The notes: generated by a model not told the origin, from the letters alone. 64,000 nucleotides of DNA from Selaginella moellendorffii (GCF_000143415.4 NW_003314303.1:620460-684459); one strand, 5' to 3'; positions 49,947 through 64,000 are shown, numbered from the stretch's first letter. A program made the numbers and translations.

Positions 49947-51121
49947 ATGAATATTTGAACCAAGAAGCAGAGAATGCAAAGACATTGTCTCTGCAACAGC
50001 ACATCATATCCCCACCATGCTTCCAGAACCCTTTTTTTTAACACTGATATGTTTTTTGAGAGAGCTAGGTAGGGTATGTTGTTACTTTTCATTTTTCTTT
50101 CATAAATTTGGTATTCTCATATAGGATGTGTCTCCACTTTTGGCTCTTCATTGCGTTACCATGAGGAGTTCCATCAAATCAAGGTATTTGTGGTGCATAG
50201 AATTTGTATGATCTTCATTCTTACTCCACTGTCAGGAAATAGGATGAGGCAATTTTAGCTATGTTTATAAAGTTCTCAAAAGACTTGATGGCTGCCTTTA
50301 TTCTGTAAAGCATTCCAATTGGCATCTGCTAAATGAGGGAGATCAGTTTGTCACTATATTTGAGAGATGATGGTATTGATTTGGCAAATTTTTCTCCTTG
50401 CAGAAGGAAAGCACTGAGAGAAGTTCAAGCACTTTTGTGTCTTAGTAAGTTGGCTTTTTTCTTTCAGTATTACCACTAGCTTCCTCAAAACTTATCCAGC
50501 TTCCAGGTTGCCATGAAAACGTAGTGCACTACTTCTCTTTATGGTTCAAGAATGACTTTTTATATATCCAAATAGAGCTGTGTGAGATGAATCTATGAGA
50601 TGAGAGCCTTGCATGGACATTCACGGAGAAGAAGCTGATTGAGGTGATGTTTCAAGTAAGCAGCTCAATTCTATTCTTTTCTTATGAAAGCTCTTAAACA
50701 CTTTCAAGCACTTACACTCGCATGGCCTCACTCACCTGGACGTGAAGCTTGACAAGATCTACATCTGCAATCATGTCTACAAGATTGGCAACTTAGGCCT
50801 TGCCAGTTGAATCAATGGAACCATTTCCATTGAGGATGGTGACTTGAGATATCTCCCAATGGAGTTCATCAACAATGATCATAGCCACCTCGACAAAGTT
50901 GACATGTTTTCCATGGGGGCGACATTCTACGAGCTCACAAGATGCTCGCCACCACCAGCATCTGGAAGGTAGTATCAAGCCATCCAATAGGGAAAGCTCA
51001 CTCTTCTTCCTGGATTCTCTCTTGCATTCCAGAGCTTCATCAAGTCTCTGATGCATCCAGCAGCAAAAAATTGCCTCTCGGCTACTCAAGCGCTCAAGAA
51101 TGCACTCTTCAAGAAGTCTAT
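49947..51121 (+). pseudogene. WEE1: WEE1-like kinase pseudogene with introns
   Basis: PPCFQNPF; RYHEEFHQIK|EIG*GNFSYVYKVLKRLDGCLYSVK; HLDVKLDKIY...EDGDLRYLPME...LDKVDMFSMG; stops and catalytic substitutions. Confidence 0.85.
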
Positions 51122-51386
51122 CAGGAGTTGCTGAACTTTCTGGGTTGCCGGATCCAGCCAATCGCAGCCGTCTGATTGGGGGAGGGGGGGGGGGTAACAT
51201 CAGGGCGTTGCAATGGGGCATCAGACCAAAGAGGAGCTGCGCCTCATCAAGATTGCTGCTCCTCATGTAGCCAGAGATGATTGCATTCCATGCCGCCACT
51301 ATTACATGACACACCTTGCTATGTAGACATTAGGGTTTTCCTGTTCTGTCCGCTAGCACGGTGCGCTTTGATCCCGATTTGTCTCA

Positions 51387-52994
51387 TGGTATTGGAGCTA
51401 GGATAGCACTATGGAAGGAAAACCATCCATCCACGAGTTTGATGGAGAAGGGTTTGAGGGATTCAAGATCCATCTTGAATCCTATCTCTTGTTTCATGGT
51501 TTGTTGGGGATTGTAGATGGGATAGAGTCATCACCGGCTCTAGGCTCTAGTGCTGTCGAGGTGCGTGATTGGAACCTTCGGGATTCCAAGGCTAGAGGGA
51601 GTATTGTGATGTGCTTGTCCTTGAATGTTCTCTTTGTTGCCCCATCGATTCCAAAGTCCACTGCGGCAGAGCTCTGGAAATGGCTGAGTAACACCTATGG
51701 CAAGAGTGAAATGGATGTCTTCAACATCCATTCACAAATGGATTCCTTGACGCTAGAGGAAAATGGCAATATCCAGACTCACATTGCCAAGTTCCAAGGC
51801 TTCTTCACACAACTTGCGGCTGCTGGGGCAAAGCACTGTCTCACGGATGAGCAGCAGAGGCTGCAACTCTACAGGTCCTTACCAACTAGCTGGAAGAATG
51901 CAGTTAAGAGCCTGCTTCTCCAATCAGGGATGACTTGGGCAGATGCCGTGAGGAGTCTTCACAACATTGAGGCCATGCGAAGTGAGAGAGCTGAAATGCC
52001 ATAGGCTATGTATGCTTCGCAGGCTTCTGGTGATGCTAAGGTGGCAAAACTGCATACAGCTGCAAATGCCTAGAAAGGGCAAAATTCCGTGACATCTGGG
52101 CGTGCCAAGCCCAAACTTGCTAAGAATCAATGTGCTCGCTGCTTGGAGATGGGTGCTTGAGATTGCCCTACTCCCAAGCCTGTCAAGTGACTAGCTACGC
52201 CGGCAAATGCCAATCTGCTCGAGTGTGATGGAATTGCTACAGCAAATTAAAGAGCTCTACAATGCAGAGGCAATTGCAGCACCAAGCCAGTGGCTTTTAG
52301 ACTCTGGTTGTACTAATCTTATGAGCAATAAGAAGAACCTTTTTGAGTGTTATCAGCTGAGTATTGGAAAACATGGTGTTCATTTAGGTGACAATACCAC
52401 TACCCCCATGGAAGGCATCAGGCAATTTTGACTCTCACTTGATCATGGGAGGACCATGGCCTTTGATGGTGCCATGCACGTTTCCACCTTGCGACGAAAC
52501 TTAATATCTGTCGCCAAGATATGTGATCAAAATGTAGTCGTAGTCTTTGATGCAAAGGGAGTCTCTTTGGTTGACTCTAGCGATTTTCATATGCTTGGTA
52601 CACAGTTGCTTCGTGGGTCACGCATTGAGGACTTGTATGAGATTACTGCTGCTGACCCGGTTCAGGCCTTTCAAATTGTGGAGGTAGATTCTCGTGTGGA
52701 GCTTTGGCATAAAAGACTTGGTCATGTTCATTACCAATCTCTTCAATGGATGAAATCCCAAGATATTGTTACTGAATTGGATTTCAAACATATCCCATCT
52801 ACATTTTGTGAAGCTTGAGTTTCAGGCAAACATCACCACTAGAATTTTTCGCCAAGTAAGTATCGAGCACTTGGACTTCTGGACTTGGTCCATTCTGATC
52901 TTTGCAGCCCCATGGATGTGCCAAGTCATGATGGCGCAAGATATTTCGTCACATTCATTGATGACTATAGCCATCGAACATGCATCCACTTCTT
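51387..52994 (+). mobile_element. Ty1/Copia remnant (PBS, gag, PR, start of integrase)
   Basis: PBS TGGTATTGGAGC at 51387; Copia gag ORF 51411-52004; WLLDSGCT, LWHKRLGH, LDLVHSDL..PM, YFVTFIDDYS; interrupted at 52995. Confidence 0.9.
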
Positions 52995-53232
52995 TGTGAG
53001 ACACAAAATCCCTAGGCCCCAAAGTGGAGCCAGAAAGGGTGCCACATGATAGCGGCCGAAGCGAAAGCCAAACGAGTGTAACACATTTAGACTAAAAGCT
53101 CTGACTTGGAAGGTCAAGAGCGGAAGTGGAACTCCCAACAAAGTGCTCAAGGAACGAGCACGAAGCAAGCAATAAGCAAGGCTCCAAAAAGGGACCCAAA
53201 AAGGACCAAAACATAACACGTGGAAGTGTCCA

Positions 53233-53713
53233 AGATGGAGTCCGAGGCGGACCTGAGTTGGAGTCCGAGATGGACCCGAAGTGGAGTCCGATATGGAGTC
53301 CGAGATGGAGTCTGAGATGGACCCAAAGTGGAGTCCGAGATGGAGTCCGATATGGAGTATGAGATGGAGTCCGAGATGGACCGGAAGTGGAGTCCGAGAT
53401 GGAGTCCGATATGGAGTCCGATATGGAGTCCGAGATGGACCCGAAGTGGAGTTCGAGATGGAGTCCAAGATGGACCGAGATGGAGTCCGAGATGGACCGA
53501 GATAGAGTCCGAGATGGACCTGAGATGGAGTCCGAGATGGACCCGAGATGGAGTCCGAGATGGACCCGAGATGGAGTCCGAGATGGAGTCCGAGATGGAA
53601 CCGAGACCGGGACCGAGACCGAGACTGAGATCGAGACCGAGACCAAGTCCGAGTCCGAATCCGGAACCAAGACCGAGTCCTAGTCCGAGTCTGAGTCCGA
53701 GTCCGAGTCCGAA
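53233..53713. repeat. GATGGAGTCCGA-type minisatellite inside the LTR (also 59108-59363 and 63295-64000)
   Basis: 12-bp unit with 10/11-bp variants and hexamer (GAGACC/GAGTCC) tails. Confidence 0.95.
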
Positions 53714-56700
53714 TACTAATACAGGCAGTTGGGTGAAAGCCCAAAGCGATCGTCCCCCAGGGGGGCTGCGGGGGTTTCCAAAAGTATAGTAGGGAGAGTG
53801 TGGGGGTTGGAGCCCAGTGGAGCCAGTTTGGCCAGGAAAGGCCAGTTTGGCCCAGGAAGGCCAGACCCAGTGTTGGGTGATGAGTTGACCACTGGGAAGT
53901 CCAAGACTAGATTGAACATGGACCGACAAGCGGGGTAACTTGGTGAAGTGTTCAAGAGCAGGCTCTAGTTCCCCCGGGAGATCGACTGGCCAATGCTCCC
54001 AGTCCAAGTGTGGGTGGCACTACCTACTTGGATACTAGGTGTGGCTCAACGGAACCTCGCTCTAAGCCCATGGCTAGAGCACCCAAGGGTGGAAGGCGGG
54101 GAGAGTACCCAGGTGGCTCGCGTAAGGCCATGGTGTTCCAAAATGTTGTCCCCAAAGGCCCAGACTGTGGAAAGGAAGAGGAGCAGTCCTCTGGGGTAGT
54201 GACCAAGGACACAGTCGTATGGTGAGGAAGTCCCAAAAGACCGTGGGACTTAGTGGTCGGGCCTGTGGGCCTCTATCCAGTGGCAGTATTGGCAAACACG
54301 GCCAGGGGTAGAAAGGGACTTAGTGGGGACTGACAGAGGGATATTGGGGAAGGCTATTCCCCTTGTCGGTGGGCATCCTAAGGATGCTAAGGAGTGGATC
54401 TGAGATGACCACTCACGGATGGTTTGCCTAGTCTTGGAGAGCCAAGATTGGGATGCATGTGGTATTGGACTACCAGTGTGGCAAAGGTGATTGGGCATGG
54501 CCTTAGTGTGACAAGCTGCCATGTCGGTGGTACCTTTGAGTGTCGGTCATGGGATTGGACACGTGGAGCACTTGGACCAAGTGCAAATGTTGAGTGGCAT
54601 GGATGCCATTCTCGGGGCTAGCAAGTCCCAAGTCCTAAATTGGACTTATGGAGGTTGTGAATGAGACTCCTCCAAGTGGTCGGAGGTGTGGTTAAGTGAC
54701 TAAAGTAGAATGTAAAATTTAGTTGCTTACAATTTGGTATCGGAGCTGTTCCTTAGTCTGACTTTTATTGGTGCTTAAGTATATCACCATTGATGTTGGC
54801 ATCGGAAAGTCCTAGGAGTGCGCTTATCCTTGAGGAGTAGCATGTCGAGAGGACATGGCTCTCCACTCAAGTTCATGCGTGAACTTGGGCACAATGTGGT
54901 GGATAGAAAAGGGCCAATAATGGAACGACTTCGGGATCTTGGGAACAGTATAAGGTTTCCTCAGAGAGCTGAGGATGTGATCCAAATGAGTGTTTGACGT
55001 AACAAACGGGCTAACATAGTCGTGATAAACAACTATAGTTGGGATCACGGGAAAGATAAAGACTCCAAAGCAATAAAGGAGTCACAAAATTATCCTCATA
55101 AAGTTGAGGTTGGTGCTCATGAATGTGAGACCAGAAGTAATGACTGTGGGAGATCAAATACGGAAGAGGACTCAAGTCCTTGAAATGGTAGCCAGGGCTA
55201 CCTTTAATAAATGCTGGAACAACCCAAGGAGTTGGGGGGTGTACTTAGAGATGAGTTGGTATTCTCATCACATGGACAAGTAGTCCTAAGGGGCAAAGGT
55301 TGCCCCAGAGAACAAAATCAAGTGTCAGAGTAACACTTGTGAAAATAGTCCTTGTGAGTGAGGACATGAATGCAAGAAGTGTATTTCAGTGAGCTAGTGC
55401 CCGACAAGTAGGACCTTACAGGTCTGTGGATTAACCAAGTCTAAAACTGCTGGATGACTCAAGTAAAGTCAAGGAATGATCCTAAAGGACTGATGGAAGC
55501 ATTTGGACTGAAGTGTGTGGTATCCCACGAAGGATGGGGGGGATCATAGGATCCAAGGATGAGAACAGAGGGTATCTCATCGATGGCAAAATGTGCCATG
55601 CTAAAGTCGTGGGAAGGGTGTTCCCAAAAGAAAAAAACTTTGAAACAAATTTGTGTGTGACCTCTATGGTGCAGTACTAACGGATGGTTGTCATGAGAAA
55701 GAGTGGTATTGGTCTTGGCAAAGACTTAGACACAAAGAAGAAGTGTCATAGAGGTAGGCTCGTGGAGCTAATGGTGTGGAGACACCAAATGTGCCAAGGT
55801 GTGATACCTTGAGGCTATATTGGTGGGTTCATGAGAACCCCTTGCCAAAGGAATCCCAATGGAAATGGGAATGGCATAACCTAAGCTGCAAAGCATGCAG
55901 TTGGAGTGTGGTGACCCAGATAATGATGGAGGTGTGGAAGCACCAGCAATGAGTTGTAGGACTTGACAACTATGAGGCAACTAAGCAAGAGGTGCAAAAT
56001 AATTGGTTAAACGGGTAACAGGTAGCTACTCAAGCCTTCTTAATGGCATAAGGAAGTTGGATATACCCTTACGGGGGATAAGTTGCTTATGTTGTGATAT
56101 AGTAAGTCAATATCATGAAAGGAAATACTCATTGTCAAGGAAGCCGTCATTGGGACACCCGAACACTCTAGAACACCAGAAGGTGGTGTTTGATGTTGCG
56201 AGGGCAATAGATAAGGCCCAAAGGACTAAGTCTTTAGCGAATGATGGATAGAAGGTGCTATCCAAACGTCCAAGGTGGCGGAGATAGGAGAAGACTGTCT
56301 ACTTGAATTAGACAAAGCCAAAAATGGAATTTTGGCAAGGCTAGTGATGGGCATGTAAGGGCCCATAAGCAACAACGTAATCCCGGTGTGTGGGACTATA
56401 GGGTGAGCATACCTGGATTGAGGAACCATTCCCTAGGCTATTGGGTAGGTTCATCCCTAAGAATACTTACTAAGGCATGATAGAAAGTGCAAAGCTATCC
56501 TCCTAATCGGGAGGAAAATGACCAAAGGAAAGGTGTGAAGCCAAAAGTAAGTAGTAAGGGGATAGAACCTAACCATAGGAATCAAAGGGCATAACCAAGG
56601 GTAGTTATGCCAGTTGGGAGTGGAGAATCAAGTGGGGGCTCGAGGGTGTTGTTGCTAGCAACCGTGATGCCATGGAGAGTCTAAAATATGGAATAGTCCA

Positions 56701-58639
56701 TATTAGACTATATGGCAACTAGATAGCTTGCGTAAAAGGAGGCCTTAACAAGCTAAGGGACAGAGTTCCTTCAAAAATTCCTAAAGACGATTTTAGGTAG
56801 CTTAGTACCTAGAAAGGCCAAGTGTAAATGGTTCATGGAACGCGCGAAATCAAAGTAGCGCAATAGAAGCGTGGTCTTGAAGCTTGCCATGAGGCAAGGC
56901 TATCAAGGTTAGGGAAGTAGTTCCCGAGTGTTCAAAGAGAGGGCTTTGAATGAAAGTCGATGGTTAAGGACTTCCACGCTTATGCAGGAACCATGTTACA
57001 GTGGTCGGAGGACTTGCCAAGTGAGATTGGCAAGTCGGGAGAACAAATATCTTAGTTGAAGGTGATAACTTCAAAAAGGGTGGGCCATGGAGCCAAGCAT
57101 GGAGGAGTCCATGCATGATCACAGACTTGTCAAGTGAAAGGACTTGGCAGTGTGGAGGAACTAGATTCCTAAGCTGTGATTTGTAGCGCGCTTTAAGTAT
57201 AAGTTGGTGCACCGGCGTGATGAGTCACGCCAGGCATCCTGGGTGATGCCGTCCGTAGACGCATATATGGAGGTTGGGTTCGAGTCCCGACCCTCTAGTG
57301 CTTGGGTTCGAGTCCCAACTCACTAGGGCATGGTGATGGTTTGGAATATGAGGACACTCATTTTTTGGTGGTCATGAACTCTCAATGTGGAGACTGGTTT
57401 GGGCACACCGCCAAGCGAAGGATGCCTCGGAGTCGTGATGCACGGTTAGATTGCTTAGTGTGGCTCAGCATATCTAACTTGAACACTTTGGTGCCAGTGG
57501 CACCAAGGACGTGGTGAATGAGATGGGGACACCTAGTCTCAGTTGCTATGGACCCTTGGCCGGAAGGGCTGGCTTGGGTGCACCGTCAAGTGTGGGGGAT
57601 GCCCCTGGGGTCGTAGTTAACAAGTTAAAGGTCTAGAAGACCTAGTACCTATTGGAAAACCTATTAAGGTGCCGAGGTGAGATCACTAGGTGATCTTGTG
57701 GCTAAATAAGGACAAGGTCCTTATTTGGGCTAAGGAATAATGTTTCTAGTTCAAAGTGTTGATTTGAACTATTAATAATGGTGTGGCTTGGTCAAGGTGA
57801 CCAAGTGGGAAAAGCACCTTAGGAAAATGAGCTATGTCATTGCGATGGCATAGTGTGTCCAAGGAAAGTAATCTCTAAAGAGACCCATGGGAGGGTCACA
57901 GAGTTGGGCCGTGGATGGAGCCCACAGCAGAAGATGCTAAAAAGACTTACTAGGGGTGAACACCCTAGTCTTGGCAAAGCAGAGCATTTGCTATGGAATC
58001 AAAAGAATACCTCAAGGAGAGAGGTAGAGATTCGGTGTTGCTTGGTGCAACAATCAACGGATAGGAGCAAAAGATGAGTGGCCAAGAGAGGGCCATGGAA
58101 CCCCTTGGAAGGAATCCAAGTGACAAAGTTAGGCGAGGAACACTAATGTGTTGGACGCTAACAAATTGTTGGGAAAGGAAGTGTGTTTCCAAGGATGGAT
58201 TCCGAATTGCTCCGATTTGGCGAAAGTGAAAGCTCCAAGGGAGGGAGCGGTAAGGTAGCCAAATGATAGGGCCATAGACAGCCCTAGCACAAAGTATGAT
58301 AAATGGAACTTAGTGCCCAAGGTGGCACAAAATAGAAGAAAGGATGATGGTGCCCTTAAGTAAAGAACTTCCTAGGATGGGAAGTGGAGTTGCACAATAG
58401 GTGCAATGCAAGGTGTTGGAGACACCTAGGAAATTGACTTCCAGAAGTCAAAGAGTAAAAGTTCCAAGGTGCAAACGTTCAATAGATGGAAATTGAGACT
58501 ACTCGAGGAGTAGTGGGATTGACTTAGAGAAGGGTCTCTAAGAGGTTTAGCGAGAACTAAACCAATAAAAGGAGAGAACCACTACATGTGGTCCAACCAG
58601 TCTCTAAGTTGGAGAGACTACCCTCCTTAGAGGATGGGC

Positions 58640-58770
58640 AAGGCATGGTGAGCTTTTGGTGTCAAACCATTGACGAATATGTAGAAGGCATGGTGAGCCT
58701 TCAATGTCAAACCATTGACAAATATGAAGAAGGCATGGTGAGCCTTCAATGTCAAACCATTGACAAATAT
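58640..58770. repeat. 45-bp tandem repeat x3 upstream of the PPT
   Basis: AAGGCATGGTGAGCYTTYRRTGTCAAACCATTGACRAATATGWAG units. Confidence 0.9.
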
Positions 58771-59364
58771 TGGCTAGGTGCCAAGGATGGAAATGGTAAC
58801 ACATGCGGGTGTTACTTTATAAAATGGTTTACCGTTTGATGAGGACATCGAACTTCGTTTATGGGTGTTGGAGTTGTGAGACACAAAATCCCTAGGCCCC
58901 AAAGTGGAGCCGGAAAGGGTGCCACGTGATAGTGGCCAAAGCGAAAGCCAAACGAGTGTAACACGTTTGGACTAAAAGCTCTGACTTGGAAGGTCGAGAG
59001 CGGGAGTGGAACTCCCAACAAAGTGCTCAAGGAGCGAGCACGAAGCGAGCAATAAGCAAGGCTCCAAAAAGGGACCCAAAAAGGACCAAAACATGACACG
59101 TGGAAGTGTCCGAGATGGAGTCCGAGGCAGACCTGAGTTGGAGTCCGAGTTGGAGTCCGAGATGGACCCGAAGTGGAGTTCGATATGGAGTCCGAGATGG
59201 AGTCCGAGATAGACCCGAAGTGGAGTCCGAGATGGAGTCTGATATGGAGTCCGAGATGGAGTCCGAGATGGATCTGAGATGGACCGGAAGTGGAGTCCGA
59301 GATGGAGTCCGATATGGAGTCCGAGATGGATCCGAGATGGACCCAAAGTGGAGTCTGAGATGGA

Positions 59365-62300
59365 TAGGAATTAGGTCTTCCAGACCTTACTAAGTTGTTG
59401 ACTATGACCCCGGGGGCATCCCCCACACTTGGCGGTGCGCCCAAGCTAGCCCTTCTGGCCAAGGATCCATAGCAACTGAGACTGGGTGTCCCCATCTCAT
59501 TCACCACGTCCTTGGTGCCTTTTGCACCAAAGTGTTCAAGTTAGATATGCCGAGCTTTCACTCTAAACAATCTAACCGTGCATCACGACTCCGAGGCATC
59601 CCTCGCTTGGCAGTGTGCCCAAGCCAATCTCTTCATTGAGAGTCCATGACCACCGAAATATGAGTGTCCTCATATTCCAAACCATCACCATGCCCTAGCG
59701 ATTTGGGACTCGAACCCAAGCACTAGAGGGTCGAGACTCGAACCAAACCTCCGTATATCCATCTACGGACGGCATCACCCAGGATGCCTGGCGTGACTCC
59801 CCACGCTGGTGCACCAACTTATACTTAAAGCACGCTATAGATCACGGCTTAGGAACCTAGTTCCTCCACACTGCCAAGTCCTCTCACTTGACAAGTCTGT
59901 AATCATGCATGGACTCCTCCATGCTTGGCCCCATGGCCTACCCCTTTTGAAGTTATCACTTTCAACTAGGGTATTGGTTCCCCTGACTTGCCAATCTCAC
60001 TTGGCAAGTCTTCCGACCACTGTAACATGGTTCCTGCACAAGCGTGAAAGCCCTTGATCATCGACTTTCGTTCAAAGCCCTCTCTTTGAACACTCGGGAA
60101 CTATTTCCCTAACCTTGATAGCCTTGCCTCATGGTAAGCTTCAAAACCACGCTTTTGCTGTGCCACTCTGATTTCATGCTTTCCTTGAACCATTTACGCT
60201 TGGCCTTTCTAGGTACTAAGCTATCTAGAATTGTCTTTGGGAACCTTGAAGGAATTCTGTCCCTTAGCTTGCTAAAGCTTCCTTTTTCGTAAGCTTTCTA
60301 GTTGCCATATAGTCTAATATGGACTATTCCATATTTTAGACTCTCCATGGCATCACGGTTGCTAGCAACAACACCCTCGAGCCCCCACTTGATTCTCCAC
60401 TCCCAACTGGCATAACTACCCTTGGTTATGCCCTTTGATTCCTATGGTTAGGTTCTATCCCCTTACTACTTACTTTTGGCTTCACACCTTTCCTTTGGTC
60501 ATTTTCCTCCCGATTAGGAGGATAGCTTTGCACTTTCTATCATGCCTTAGTAAGTATTCTTAGGGATGAACCTACCCAATAGCCTAGGGAATGGTTCCTC
60601 AATCCAGGTATGCTCACCCTATAGTCCCACACACCGGGATTACGTTGTTGCTTATGGGCCCTTACATGCCCATCACTAGCCTTGCCAAAATTCCATTTTT
60701 GGCTTTGTCCAATTCAAGTAGACAGTCTTCTCCTATCTCCGCCATCTTGGACATTTGGATAGCACCTTCTATCCATCATTCGCTAAAGACTTAGTCCCTT
60801 GGGCCTTATCTATTGCCCTCGCGACATCAAACACCACCTTCTGGTGTTCTAGAGTGTTCGGGTGTCCCAATGACGGCTTCCTTGACAATGAGTATTTCCT
60901 TTTATGACATTGACTTACTATATCGCAACATAAGCAACTTCTCCCCTGTAAGGGTATATTCAACTTCCCTATGCCATTAAGAAGGCTTGGGTAGCTACCT
61001 GCTACCCGTTTAACCAATTATTTTGCACCTCTCACTTAGTTGCCTCATAGTTGTCAAGTCCTACAACTCATTGCTGGTGCTTCCACACCTCCATCATTAT
61101 CTGGGTCACCACACTCCAACTGCATGCTTTGCAGCTTAGGTTATGCCATTCCCATTTCCATTGGGATTCCTTTGGCACGGAGTTCTCATGAACCCACCAA
61201 CATAACCTCAAGGTATCACACCTTGGCACATTTGGTGTCTCCACACCATCGGCTCAATGAGCCTACCTCTATAACACTTCTTTTGTGTCTAAGTTTTTGC
61301 CAAGACCAATACCGCTCTTTCTCATGCCAACCATCCGTTAGCACTGCACCATAGAGGTCACACACAACTTTGTGTCAAAGTTGTTTTCTTTTGGGAACAC
61401 CTTTCCTGCGACTTTAGCATGGCACATTTTGCCATCGATGAGATACCCTCTGTTCTCATCCTTGGATCCTATGATCCCCCCCATCCTTTGTGGGGTACCA
61501 CACACTTCAGTCCAAATGCTTCCATTAGTCCTTTAGGACCATTCCTTGACTCTACTTGAGTCATCCAGCTTTTTGGACTTTGTCATCCGACGACCCATGA
61601 GGTCCTACCTTTGAGATGCCAGCTCACTGGAATACAACTTCTTGTATTCAGGTCCTACTCATAAGGACCATCTTTGCAAGTGTTACTCCGACACTTGATT
61701 TGTTCTCTTGGGGCAACCTTTTGCCTCTTAGGACCACTTGTCCATGTGATGAGAATACCAACTCATCCTCTAAGTACATCCCCAACTCCTTGGGTTGTTC
61801 CAGCATTTATCAAGGGTAACCTCAGCTACCATTTCGAGGACTTGTGTCCTCTCCTATATTTGACCTCCCATAGCCATCAATTCCAGTCTCAAAGTTATCA
61901 GCACCGGCCTTAACTATATGAGGGTAATATTGTGACTCCTTTATTATTTTGGAGTCTACATCTTTCCCGTGATCCCAATTATAGTTGTTTACCACAACTA
62001 TGTTAGCCCGTTTGCTGCGTCAAACGCTCATCTGGATCACATCCTCAGCTCTCTGAGGAAACCTTATACTGTTCCCAAGATCCCAAAGTCGTTCCCTTAC
62101 TGGCCCCTTTTCTATCCACCACATCGCGCCCAAGTTCATGCATGAACTCGAGTGGAGAGCCATGTCCTCTTGACATGCTACTCCTCCAGGATAGGACCAC
62201 TCCTAGGACCTTCCGATGCCAATATCAATGGTGATATGCTTGAGCACCAATAAAAGTGAGACTAAAGAACAGCTCTGATACCAAGTTGTAAGCGACTAAT

Positions 62301-64000
62301 TTTTCCATTCTACTTTAGTCACTTAACCACACCTTTGACCACTTGGAGAAGTCTCACTCACAACCTCCTTAAGTCCAATTCAGGGCTTGGGACTTACTAT
62401 CCCCAAGAATGGCATCCATGCCACTCAACACTTGCACCTGGTCCAAGTGCTCCACGTGTCCGGTCCCAAGACCGACACCCAAAGGCACCACTAACATATC
62501 GGCCCGTTACGCTAAAGCCATGCCCATTCACCTTTGCCGCACTAGTGGTCTAATACCACTTGCATCACAATCCCGTCTCTCCAAGACTGGGCCATCCGTC
62601 CACGAGTGGTTAACCCAGATCCACTCTTTAGCATCCTTAGGATGCCCACAGACATGGGGAATAGCCTTCCCCAATATCCCTTTGTCAATTCCTACCAAGT
62701 CCCTTTTCTGTCCATGGCCATGTTCGCCAACACTGCCACTCGGTCAAGGCCCACAGGCCCGACCACTAAGTCCCATGGTCCTCCGGGACTTCCTCACCAT
62801 GTGACTGTATCCTTAGTCACCACACTAGAGGACTGCTCTTCCTCCTTTCTCCATTTGGGACTCCGGGACAACATTTCGAAACACCGTGGGCCTACGCGAG
62901 CCCCGTGGGTACTCTCCCCGCCTTCTGCCTTTAGGTGCTTTAGCCATGGGCTTAGAGCGAGGTTCCGTTGAGCCATGCCTGGTATCCAAGTAGGTAGTGC
63001 CACCCACACTTGGACTGGGAGCATTGGCCAGTCGATCTCTCGAGGGAACTAGAGCCTGCTCTTGAACACTTCACCAAGCTACCCCGCTTGTCGGTCCGTA
63101 TTCACTCTAGTCTTGGACTTCCCAGTGGTCAGTTCATCACCCAACACTGGGTCTGGTCTTCCTGGGCCAAACTGGCCTTTCCTGGCCAAACTGGCTCCAC
63201 TGCAGTCCTCCCCCTTACTATACTTTTGGAGCTCACCAAACCCCCCAAGGTCTGGGAGACGAACGCTTTGGGCTTTCACCCTCTCAGACTTGAACTCGGA
63301 CTCGGCCTCCGCCTCGGTCTCGGTCTCGGTCCCGGTCTCGGTCTCGACCTCGGACTCCATCTCCGGTCCTTCTCGGACTCCATCTCAGATTCCATCTCGG
63401 GTCCATCTCGGACTCCATCTCGGACTCTGTCTCGGTCCATCTCGGACTCCGTCTCAGTCCATCTCGGACTCCATCTCGGACTCCATCTCGGGTCCATCTT
63501 GGACTTCGTCTCGGTCCACCTCGGACTCCACTTCGGGTCCATCTCGGACTCCATATCGGACTCCATCTCAGACTCCACTTCGGACTCCATATCAGACTCC
63601 ACTTCGGGTCCATCTCGGACTCCAACTCGGACTCAGACTCAGACTCGGACTCGGACTCGGGCTCGGGCTTGGTCTCAGCCTTGGCCTCGGTCTCTTTCTC
63701 GGTCCCGGTCTCGGTCCTAGTCTCGGTCTCGGTTTCGGTCCCGGGCCCGGTCTCAGTCTCGACCTCGGACTCCATCTCGGGTCCTTCTCGGACTCCATCT
63801 CGGACTCTGTCTCAGTCCATCTCGGACTCCATCTCGGGTCCATCTCGGGTCCATCTCGGACTCCATCTCGGACTCCATCTCGGGTCCATCTCGGACTCCA
63901 TCTCGGGTCCATCTCGGACTCCGTCTCAGTCCACCTCGGACTCCACTTCGGGTCCATCTCGGACTCCATATCGGACTCCATCTTGGACTCCACTTCGGAC
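59365..64000 (-). mobile_element. Second, inverted copy of the same non-autonomous LTR family (PBS 62272-62283, LTR from 62287 running off the window)
   Basis: Reverse complement of ~53300-57653. Confidence 0.92.

Larger units (their letters stand above)
52995..59364 (+). mobile_element. Non-autonomous LTR element: 5' LTR 52995-54731, PBS 54735-54746, decayed internal region, truncated 3' LTR from 58875
   Basis: TGTGAGACAC... repeated at 52995 and 58875; LTR ends TTACA followed by TGGTATCGGAGC; no intact ORF. Confidence 0.9.

Noticed and set aside
52965-54007. Long SR/MESE-rich ORFs (also 58812-59507 and 63010-63993)
   Set aside because: Artefacts of the stop-free 12-bp LTR minisatellite, open in several frames on both strands.

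Overview
Plant nuclear DNA, almost all nested transposons and pseudogenes. Very short GT-AG introns and the gene content suggest a lycophyte such as Selaginella (inference). In order: a TRIM; TRM/LONGIFOLIA-like, cupin and lipase gene remnants; then a minus-strand Helitron (3' end at 3862) with RepHel, an RPA70-like gene and WEE1/RCL1/PPR fragments, interrupted by a solo LTR and a 5S-bearing Cassandra solo LTR. A 25.9-kb Mutator-like element (10052-35923, 8-bp TSD CAGGTGAC) splits a WEE1 fragment. It carries a MULE/SWIM transposase, a second Sola-type transposase, a duplicated zinc-finger ORF and one ~1,640-codon, 11-exon gene that reads ParB-like / degenerate amino-methyltransferase-like / acidic / FCP1-like phosphatase. 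About 22 copies of a 22-bp palindrome (ATGGCRTG-N6-CAYGCCAT) lie mostly in the introns and intergenic DNA of this cargo. A ParB-like protein with its own parS-like sites inside a eukaryotic transposon is the main candidate new system. The right part holds SCP1-like, tau-GST and WEE1 pseudogenes, two Gypsy halves in inverted orientation, a Copia remnant, and two inverted copies of a non-autonomous LTR element. All domain calls come from motif recognition by eye; no searches were run.
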